Program-made: the position numbers and the translations under genes
The notes under the pieces: generated by a model
Database searches by the model: none
What the model was told of the DNA's origin: nothing
What the model saw: the letters and a program-made list of their open reading frames with translations, nothing else
Shown: positions 1-6,396 of the stretch, one piece after another
Numbering within the stretch: position 1 is the stretch's first letter
How the letters are laid out: each line of letters begins with the position of its first letter
Origin: an archaeon
GTDB lineage: Archaea; Iainarchaeota; Iainarchaeia; Iainarchaeales; CSSED10-239
Assembly (NCBI GenBank): GCA_037147375.1
Contig: JBAWVI010000034.1
Span: forward strand, 1 to 9,439
Direction: 5' to 3'
Length of the DNA stretch: 9,439 nucleotides

Positions 1-1506
1 CCAATTAATTCAGGAACTGTAAGTGGTATGCCTTTACTAAACTTTAAGTTTGATCCTCAAGTAAAGATGGATATGACTACAGGTATAAGATATGTTAACT
101 TAGATAATCAAAATATATACATCTCAGTAACAACATATAAAGATGTAGCTGATTTAAAGTTACTTGCAGTTATTAATAGAGCAAGTAGAGCACAAGGATT
201 AGTAGGAGGTGATTTATCAAGTTTAGAATTACCAGTTGAATATGTTGATACTGCAGCAGAAGTTGGTTATGGATCAGAAGCAAACTCTGAAATTAGTATA
301 AATATGAGATATGTACATACATATGTAATTAAGCTAGATGAATCTGCGACTGCAATCAGAAAAACATTTGGAGATTCAGTAAACACAAACTTATTTCATA
401 TAAACATAGAATTAATTGAAACAAATAATACAACTGGACCATCATCAACATCAGATTCATTTAATGTGATGTTTAATGAAAGAGTTCCGGTTCCACCAGT
501 TCCACAACCATCAACTATAGAATGGATAATTCCAAGCAACGCATACATGAAAATAAATGGACAAACAGTTGGCTCAGCTGATGTTGCACCATATACAATT
601 AAAGCAGGAAATCCATTAAATATTGAAGCAGGATATATTGCAACTACAGAACTTCCAACATTAATAATTCTTGAAGAAGTTTCTGCAAACATTGCAAAAG
701 AAGGAAGTAACAAAGTATTCTTTTACCCAGTTCTTGAAAGAATAGATGAATTAAATACAATAGCTTCAGCTTCACAAAAAATAAAACCATCAAGTTATGA
801 ATATATTTATTCTTCACAAATTTATAAGGATTTAAAACCAAATACAAGTTATAAAATAACTTTTAAGGTTTATCCTGACACAACTCAAGAAAAAATAAGT
901 TTGAGAGAATATAATTATGCATACAAGAACTATGTTAAATCAGTAAGTACTGTTTTATCATTCAGTAAAGCTCCAAAATATTCAAATAGATTTATTTTAA
1001 GAGATATGTTTGGAACAGATAACGGAAATGGTTGGGCTTATGGAACTGTAGAAGGTCCTCAAAGTACTACAACTGTAAAAAGTATAGATAAGGAAACTTC
1101 AGTAGAAACAAGTTCAGGACAAACTATAATGTCTTCAGGACAAGTTCATGTTGTTCTACCTACAGAAGGTAAGGTTAAACCAATGAGACCAACAATAACA
1201 GAAAGTAATGTAGTTACTGCAATATCTGAAGAAGATATTATGGTAGATACTGCAAATTCTGGACAAGAAGCATCTGTATACTTAAATCAAAATAATCTAA
1301 CTAGAAAGATTAAGAGTATAGATACAGCTTTTTCTGAAGGTCAAATAAATTCAGAAAATGTGTATGGAGATGTACAACTTGTAAACGTGGATGATGTTCC
1401 AAAATATGTATTCACAGTTAAAGAAAAGAATATGTTATTTGGGTTCATTCCATTCGGAACAAAGAAAGTTGAAAAAATGATAGATGCAACTGAGAATCTT
1501 GAATGA
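1..1506 (+). CDS. C-terminal 501 codons of a larger secreted/cell-surface protein of unknown function; the 5' end lies outside the window
   Basis: Frame 1 is open from base 1 (PINSGTVSG precedes the first Met at 28), so the ORF probably starts upstream. Stop TGA at 1504-1506. Long uninterrupted ORF rich in Thr/Ser/Asn/Val, with a Pro-rich linker VPVPPVPQP (484-510) and several N-x-S/T sequons. The C-terminal ~50 aa (1354-1503, ...KYVFTVKEKNMLFGFIPFGTKKVEKMIDATENLE) loosely resemble a PepSY-like beta-sheet motif. No enzymatic motif recognised. Confidence 0.7.
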   Translation, partial: PINSGTVSGMPLLNFKFDPQVKMDMTTGIRYVNLDNQNIYISVTTYKDVADLKLLAVINRASRAQGLVGGDLSSLELPVEYVDTAAEVGYGSEANSEISINMRYVHTYVIKLDESATAIRKTFGDSVNTNLFHINIELIETNNTTGPSSTSDSFNVMFNERVPVPPVPQPSTIEWIIPSNAYMKINGQTVGSADVAPYTIKAGNPLNIEAGYIATTELPTLIILEEVSANIAKEGSNKVFFYPVLERIDELNTIASASQKIKPSSYEYIYSSQIYKDLKPNTSYKITFKVYPDTTQEKISLREYNYAYKNYVKSVSTVLSFSKAPKYSNRFILRDMFGTDNGNGWAYGTVEGPQSTTTVKSIDKETSVETSSGQTIMSSGQVHVVLPTEGKVKPMRPTITESNVVTAISEEDIMVDTANSGQEASVYLNQNNLTRKIKSIDTAFSEGQINSENVYGDVQLVNVDDVPKYVFTVKEKNMLFGFIPFGTKKVEKMIDATENLE

Positions 1507-1514
1507 TTCTCTCA

Positions 1515-1526
1515 TTTTTTCTTTTT
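1515..1526 (+). terminator. Oligo-T tract (TTTTTTCTTTTT), candidate archaeal-type terminator for the upstream surface-protein gene
   Basis: T6-C-T5 run beginning 9 nt after the stop codon. Archaeal RNA polymerase terminates at oligo-T tracts. No strong hairpin is present. Confidence 0.4.
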
Positions 1527-1544
1527 CCAAACAATATGGTAGAA

Positions 1545-1582
1545 TTTAAATAGATGTTGATAGTAATTTAATTATATATAAA
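1545..1582 (+). promoter_or_regulatory. Candidate TATA-box region for the membrane wHTH gene (TTTAAATA 1545-1552; TTATATATAAA 1572-1582)
   Basis: Two A/T-rich TATA-like elements lie upstream of the ATG at 1594. The first would give a short (~19 nt) leader. The second is too close to the ATG unless Met10 (1621) is the real start. No SD motif. Confidence 0.3.
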
Positions 1583-1593
1583 GTCTGAAAATT

Positions 1594-2505
1594 ATGAATA
1601 AAATAAATCTATATATAATAATGTTTTTAGTACTTTTACTACCATCTATTTATTCATACACTACAAGCGATATATCAACAACCATAGTTGTTAGAAGTAA
1701 TGGTTCTCTTGAGATTAGTGAAGTCTTTAAAGTAGCTAATTTTAAAGATACTAATGAACTTGTTTTTAATATAGTTCCTGTTTATGATATGCTTGTTAAA
1801 GTAAATAATAATCCTGATTTAAATTATTCATATGGAATAAATGAACTTGTAATAAACACAAATGATTATTCAACTAATGAAATAATTCTAAATATTACTT
1901 ATTTAACTGATCATTTTACAACTAAAGATTCAAATGGTTGGAATATTAATTATAATCCTTTATTTTTAGATAAGACCGGAGATTTCAAGATTACGTTTCC
2001 AGTAAACTCAGATATTCTAGCTCTTTCAACAGATATTAAGAATCTTCATCCAGATAAAGATCAGTTTTATGTTATTGATAGTAATCTCACAAGCTTTAAT
2101 GCAAGTTATAAGCTTTCAAATCAGAAGATTGTTTCTGAAACCAAAAATAGTAGTTTATTATTTGTAATTATCTTAGTTATTGTAGTTGGTTTAATCTTAA
2201 CCTACTTCTTGATTTATAAAAATAAATCAAAATCAAACAAGTTGGAAATTAAAGAAGATAAACCAGAAAAAAATCAAACTGAAAAGCTTCTTCTTGGTTT
2301 AAATGAAAATGAGCAAAAGATAATTAAGCTTCTTCTTGAAGAGGATGGATTATCTCAACAAAAGATAGCTCTAAAACTATTTCTTCCTAAAGGAACTGTT
2401 TCAAGAAACATTAAGAAACTAGAAGATAAAGGATATATTGATATTAAGAAATATGGAGTAACTAACAAAGCCTTCCTCTCTTCCCTATTTAATCAGAAAA
2501 AGTAA
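1594..2505 (+). CDS. Membrane-tethered winged-helix transcriptional regulator: N-terminal signal/anchor, ~165-aa extracytoplasmic domain, one TM helix, cytoplasmic MarR/TrmB-like wHTH
   Basis: Hydrophobic N-terminus LYIIMFLVLLLPSIYS. Sequon-bearing outside domain (NGS, NYS, NIT, NLT, NAS, NSS). TM helix LLFVIILVIVVGLILTYFLIY (2155-2217) followed by a Lys-rich positive-inside segment KNKSKSNK. C-terminal LNENEQKIIKLLLEEDGLSQQKIALKLFLPKGTVSRNIKKLEDKGYIDIKK (about 2287-2478) is a typical wHTH (helix-turn-helix plus wing). The architecture recalls the archaeal class of predicted membrane-associated transcriptional regulators (COG2512-like, from memory). Confidence 0.75.
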   Translation: MNKINLYIIMFLVLLLPSIYSYTTSDISTTIVVRSNGSLEISEVFKVANFKDTNELVFNIVPVYDMLVKVNNNPDLNYSYGINELVINTNDYSTNEIILNITYLTDHFTTKDSNGWNINYNPLFLDKTGDFKITFPVNSDILALSTDIKNLHPDKDQFYVIDSNLTSFNASYKLSNQKIVSETKNSSLLFVIILVIVVGLILTYFLIYKNKSKSNKLEIKEDKPEKNQTEKLLLGLNENEQKIIKLLLEEDGLSQQKIALKLFLPKGTVSRNIKKLEDKGYIDIKKYGVTNKAFLSSLFNQKK

Positions 2506-2507
2506 GC

Positions 2508-2518
2508 TTTTAAAATAA
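2508..2518 (+). promoter_or_regulatory. TATA-like box (TTTTAAAATAA) centred ~26 nt upstream of the ATG at 2539; implies a leaderless transcript for the giant gene
   Basis: It sits in the 33-nt gap between the stop at 2503-2505 and the ATG at 2539. Spacing matches the archaeal TATA-to-TSS distance. No SD motif. Read-through co-transcription from the upstream gene is also possible. Confidence 0.35.
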
Positions 2519-2538
2519 TTGTCTACTATATTATATTT

Positions 2539-5500
2539 ATGAGACAAGCATTTAGTTTACAAAGAATGACTTTATTTGTAATTTCTATTGCACTTATCAC
2601 TATTTTATGTCCAGCAATCTATTCTGAAAATCTTGATCTAAATAAAGTAATGTCTTATTACTCTTCAGATAATATTTATGGAGTTCCTGTAATTGTAAAT
2701 GATTCAAATTGGTATAACAACAACCATACCTTTGTTTTATTAAATAAAGAAGTAACACAAATAACTATAGATCTATCTGGATTTGATTTTAATCTTTCAA
2801 GTAATAAAGAAGTTTATATGATTGTTTCAAGTACAAGTAATCTAGTTTATTCAAAGATAGAATATTCAAGTACTCTTCCAGTAACTCTTTCAAAAACAGA
2901 TCTTTCATCTCCAAAAGGATATGTTATTAATAATCCAAGTAACACAATTACTTTTAATATTAGATCAGATACAAACAAAGTATCTATTATTCTTTATCAA
3001 AAAACAAAAGATTATCTTAATATTTCTTATTTTGATGTTCTTAATATTACAAGAACAGAAATATATAAGTATGAATTATTTCAACTAAATAAAGAAATAA
3101 TTAAATATTATTGTTCAACCTGTTATGTTAAGGATCTTGGAATAAATAAAGAAGTATCAGATATATTAAATCCAATAATTACTAATCAATCAGTTACTTT
3201 GCAAACTACTAGTAAAAAAGATAGTTGCTTTGATCCAACTAACAAGCAAGAATGGTTTGGTATTACTGGTCAAGATAATTATGAAAAATACGGATTTGAT
3301 AATCTATATTTTTCTTGGCTTAGAAAAGATATAACCTATAATACATTTGATTATGGAACTTATTTTGTAGACCCTGATCAATTAAAGATGTCTTTAACAT
3401 TGAAAGCAGATCTTTTATCAGATTTATCAAACTATATTACCTTAGATGGGATTGATTTTAAGAAAGATGATTATACAAGAACAATCGAAGATTCATTTGC
3501 ATATATAAATCTTGATTTAAAACAAGATTTATCTTTAGTTAATGAAAGTAATAATTTATCAGATTCATTAACAAATATTGAAAAGGTAGTTAACCTAATT
3601 CCAGAAAGCATAACAAGACAAACAATTATGGATATTTATGTTGATGGAAATACAAGTGGCATGGATGAGTTTTTTGCAAAAGCAATACTTGATACAAATA
3701 CTTATTCAAATTATAATAATTTTGTAAATAAAACAGAAGTTGATAATAATTATTCAAAAATAACTGTGTATGAACTTCCTTTATCTGTTTTTCTTAATAG
3801 ATATTCAGAAATACAAATATACACTCTTGCAAGTTTCTTTGATGAAAACAAAGAAGATATTCTTTTAAACATCCTTTCAGGATTTAATGGGGAATACAAT
3901 TATAATTATTTCTATCTTGGAACTTCATTAAATAAATCAATAATTAATCTTAAACCATTTGGAGATTTAAAATCAGGAATTTCAAAAGAAATACTTGAAA
4001 CATCTGGCTTCTTAACAAATGAATGGGAGTTTACAATAGATGTTAGTGGGATTACAAACATAACAAACCCACAAACCTTTATTATTGAATTAGATAATAT
4101 TAATCAAGCTAATAAAACAGGAACACTTAGATTTATTTATGAGCCAGCAATAAATAGATACTTAAATAATTATCAAGCTAATCTTTATTATCAAAGGAAT
4201 CCTTTATTTACAACCTTAATTAATGCAAGTTACTTTGATTATTCAAAAGTTCCATTTGCAAAAGAAAGTGATGGACACACACAAAGTAATGTTATCTCAA
4301 ACAATTATACTGATTATTCAAATCTTGGAAGAATACAAGAAGGATATTTATTTAAGCTTGATAAAGAAGGAAATAATATTAGGTATAGTTATGCAGATAT
4401 TAGACCAGTATTAATTACATCAAGCACAGAAGTAAACACAATTATAAATTATTTAATAGATTCAGATTATATAACTTATGATGATAATATTTCATCTAAA
4501 GAAGATATTATTTTTGCATTTACAAACTTTATTCCTAAAGATCCAGTATATGATTATCAAGCCATGATATCTTCAAATACACCACTTACTTTTTCATTAA
4601 ACAATTATTCAATGATTAATGATACTAAGGATAATGAATTTATTTATGGAATAAATAATAATCTTTCAGATGATAGAACCTTCTTTAGTATTAACACAGA
4701 AGAAATAAGTTCAATTGTTAATGGAATAAAGCAAAATAGAATATGCTTTACATCTGGTCCTAATAACTTAAGGTTTTGGATAAATCCTTTGGTTATCTCT
4801 GGTCAAGAAGTTGATGATACTGAATATTATCCAGATGAAGGAACTGGTCTTCCTGATCATGGTCCAAGTCCTGGTGGTTATACTACAAAAACAAACACAA
4901 CTTCAAATGCAAATGAAGATGTTTTATTTGAAGTAAAGGATATGCCAAGTCTTGAAAAATATCATATGATATACATGGACATGTATTATCGTATGAAATA
5001 CAATCTTGAGATTCCTGAACAATTTAAAGATAAGATTGATTTGGTTTTAGATAAAAATGAAATGATAAGCATATTAGCTCTTTTAGATAATTATGAAAAA
5101 GCATTTAAAGATAGAAATGATTTTTATGCATATCAAAAACAAGTATTAGGTTATGATACAATAGTTAATCCAAAGGATTCAAATAAAGGGTATATTGATA
5201 ACAGATCTCCTTCTTTAAGATTTAATACAACTGATGTAATTTACGGTCCTGATTATAAGTATGAACTAACTTTAGGAAGCGACACAATTGCAGAATTATT
5301 AAAATATAATATGAAATATATTACTTATGATAAAAATACTTTAAACTTTATTGAACAATTTTGGAAAACTCCATCTTCCACTGAATGCTCTGGATTTTCA
5401 GTTGCATTTTCACAATTTTTATTTAAGTATAAGTATACTTCAAACGATGCTGGTTGTTTGAAACAAACAAATCAAGCTGTTTGGTGTTATTCAAAGAGTG

Positions 5501-6006
5501 GATGTGTTCAACCATCTGATGCAAAGAGAGGATATCTTACAGGGTCAGATTTAGAGAAGGTTATTCCAGGTTCTCTTTTAGGAGTATATTTACCAAAATC
5601 AAAATTAAAACAAGATTGTGGTAAAGTTAACTATACACATGTTGGTGTGTATCTTGGGAAAGTTAATGGAAATCACCTTATGGTAGAAAATTGGGCAGGG
5701 AAATATAGGATTGTTACAGTTGATGTTGTTCACATGAGTGCTGGTCGTGAAGTAAGAGAGGTTATTATGTCAAGCACTTACTTAAACTTCCTTGATGAAT
5801 ATTATAATTATTTAATTGAGAATAAGATTTCACTTGTTGATCAAGAAAAAATTTTAAATATGGAAAAAGAGAAGCTTTTACAACAACAAAAGAAGTTAGA
5901 TGAATTAAGAAAAAGATTAAATCAGAAAGAAGATCCAAGTTTATGGAATAAAACAAAAGGATATGTAAATGGAATAGGAGATTGGTTAATTAATCTTTTT
6001 AACTAG
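2539..6006 (+). CDS. 1155-aa secreted, sequon-rich giant protein: ~760-aa Asn/Ser/Tyr-rich N-terminal region, Pro/Gly/Thr linker, C-terminal NlpC/P60-like papain-fold Cys-His module, terminal coiled coil
   Basis: Signal-like N-terminus MTLFVISIALITILCPAIYS. About two dozen N-x-S/T sequons by manual count. Linker PDEGTGLPDHGPSPGGYTTKTNTTSNANED (4831-4920). Motifs TECSGFSVAF (Cys950, tgc 5386-5388), IPGSLLGVY, and YTHVGVYLGKVNGNHLMVEN (His1034, cat 5638-5640) occur in the canonical NlpC/P60 order. Coiled-coil-like LVDQEKILNMEKEKLLQQQKKLDELRKRLNQKE (5833-5940). Stop TAG at 6004-6006. Confidence 0.85.
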   Translation: MRQAFSLQRMTLFVISIALITILCPAIYSENLDLNKVMSYYSSDNIYGVPVIVNDSNWYNNNHTFVLLNKEVTQITIDLSGFDFNLSSNKEVYMIVSSTSNLVYSKIEYSSTLPVTLSKTDLSSPKGYVINNPSNTITFNIRSDTNKVSIILYQKTKDYLNISYFDVLNITRTEIYKYELFQLNKEIIKYYCSTCYVKDLGINKEVSDILNPIITNQSVTLQTTSKKDSCFDPTNKQEWFGITGQDNYEKYGFDNLYFSWLRKDITYNTFDYGTYFVDPDQLKMSLTLKADLLSDLSNYITLDGIDFKKDDYTRTIEDSFAYINLDLKQDLSLVNESNNLSDSLTNIEKVVNLIPESITRQTIMDIYVDGNTSGMDEFFAKAILDTNTYSNYNNFVNKTEVDNNYSKITVYELPLSVFLNRYSEIQIYTLASFFDENKEDILLNILSGFNGEYNYNYFYLGTSLNKSIINLKPFGDLKSGISKEILETSGFLTNEWEFTIDVSGITNITNPQTFIIELDNINQANKTGTLRFIYEPAINRYLNNYQANLYYQRNPLFTTLINASYFDYSKVPFAKESDGHTQSNVISNNYTDYSNLGRIQEGYLFKLDKEGNNIRYSYADIRPVLITSSTEVNTIINYLIDSDYITYDDNISSKEDIIFAFTNFIPKDPVYDYQAMISSNTPLTFSLNNYSMINDTKDNEFIYGINNNLSDDRTFFSINTEEISSIVNGIKQNRICFTSGPNNLRFWINPLVISGQEVDDTEYYPDEGTGLPDHGPSPGGYTTKTNTTSNANEDVLFEVKDMPSLEKYHMIYMDMYYRMKYNLEIPEQFKDKIDLVLDKNEMISILALLDNYEKAFKDRNDFYAYQKQVLGYDTIVNPKDSNKGYIDNRSPSLRFNTTDVIYGPDYKYELTLGSDTIAELLKYNMKYITYDKNTLNFIEQFWKTPSSTECSGFSVAFSQFLFKYKYTSNDAGCLKQTNQAVWCYSKSGCVQPSDAKRGYLTGSDLEKVIPGSLLGVYLPKSKLKQDCGKVNYTHVGVYLGKVNGNHLMVENWAGKYRIVTVDVVHMSAGREVREVIMSSTYLNFLDEYYNYLIENKISLVDQEKILNMEKEKLLQQQKKLDELRKRLNQKEDPSLWNKTKGYVNGIGDWLINLFN

Positions 6007-6043
6007 GATTTAAATATCTTCTGGCTCTTAAATTATATATTAC

Positions 6044-6068
6044 TTCTTTTTAATATGTTTTTATTTTT
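6044..6068 (+). terminator. Cluster of T5 tracts downstream of the giant gene; candidate terminator
   Basis: T5 runs at 6047-6051, 6058-6062 and 6064-6068, within 65 nt of the stop codon. Confidence 0.35.
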
Positions 6069-6158
6069 AAAAGAGTAATTAATCAAGATTTTTGCATGTT
6101 ACAAAAGTTCTTTTGGGATTAAACACTTTTGTTTTAAAGAAAAGGGTTATTGTAATAG

Positions 6159-6181
6159 TTGCGCTCGTTAACCTGGCGCAA
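6159..6181 (+). other. GC-rich hairpin (TTGCGC / 11-nt loop / GCGCAA) 10 nt upstream of tRNA-Ser
   Basis: Bases 6159-6164 pair perfectly with 6176-6181. The loop tcgttaacctg contains the palindrome GTTAAC. This is an isolated GC-rich element in an otherwise A/T-rich spacer. Function unknown: it could be a tRNA leader structure, a protein-binding site or a remnant. Confidence 0.4.
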
Positions 6182-6190
6182 GAGGTTATT

Positions 6191-6273
6191 GCAGAGATGG
6201 CGGAGTGGTCAAACGTGCTAGCCTGCTAAGCTAGAGTCGAAAGACTACGCGGGTTCGAATCCCGCTCTCTGCG
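6191..6273 (+). tRNA. tRNA-Ser (anticodon GCU), type II with long variable arm, no encoded CCA
   Basis: Folded by hand. Acceptor GCAGAGA (6191-6197) pairs with TCTCTGC (6266-6272), discriminator G at 6273. 3-bp D stem. Anticodon stem CTAGC/GCTAG with loop CTGCTAA, anticodon GCT at 6225-6227. Variable arm GTC-GAAA-GAC (6236-6245). T arm GCGGG-TTCGAAT-CCCGC (6249-6265). Confidence 0.93.
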
Positions 6274-6292
6274 CTTCATAATTCTAATAAAC

Positions 6293-6302
6293 TTTTTTTT
6301 TT
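6293..6302 (+). terminator. T10 tract, terminator for the tRNA gene
   Basis: Ten consecutive T residues starting 20 nt after the tRNA 3' end. Confidence 0.55.
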
Positions 6303-6367
6303 AATTATTAAAAAGATTAAATTAATTTTGCCTAAATTATTAAATACATAAAATAAAAGAAGAAATA

Positions 6368-6375
6368 TTTATAAA
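6368..6375 (+). promoter_or_regulatory. TATA-like box TTTATAAA centred ~26 nt upstream of the ATG at 6397 (leaderless geometry)
   Basis: Consensus-like archaeal TATA element. No SD motif between it and the start codon. Confidence 0.4.
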
Positions 6376-6396
6376 TGGTTTTGTGTATACTTATCT

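Noticed and set aside
396-847. Minus-strand ORFs 396-713 (105 aa) and 644-847 (67 aa)
   Set aside because: They lie entirely antisense within the long + strand ORF. The products are low-complexity and hydrophobic, as expected from the reverse complement of an A/T-rich coding frame. No promoter or start context.
4223-4414. Plus-strand 63-aa ORF in an alternative frame inside the giant gene
   Set aside because: It is fully nested in the 1155-aa ORF in a different frame, and it is short with no supporting signals. Most likely a chance open frame.
5765-5956. Minus-strand 63-aa ORF antisense to the 3' end of the giant gene
   Set aside because: It is antisense to the coiled-coil-encoding, Lys/Glu-rich segment, whose complement naturally lacks stops. 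No independent evidence.
6101-6132. 8-bp inverted repeat ACAAAAGT...ACTTTTGT with a 16-nt loop in the spacer upstream of the tRNA
   Set aside because: The stem is A/T-rich and weak, with a large loop and a competing CAAAAG/CTTTTG pairing. This is easily produced by chance in such A/T-rich DNA, and no flanking T tract fits a terminator role.
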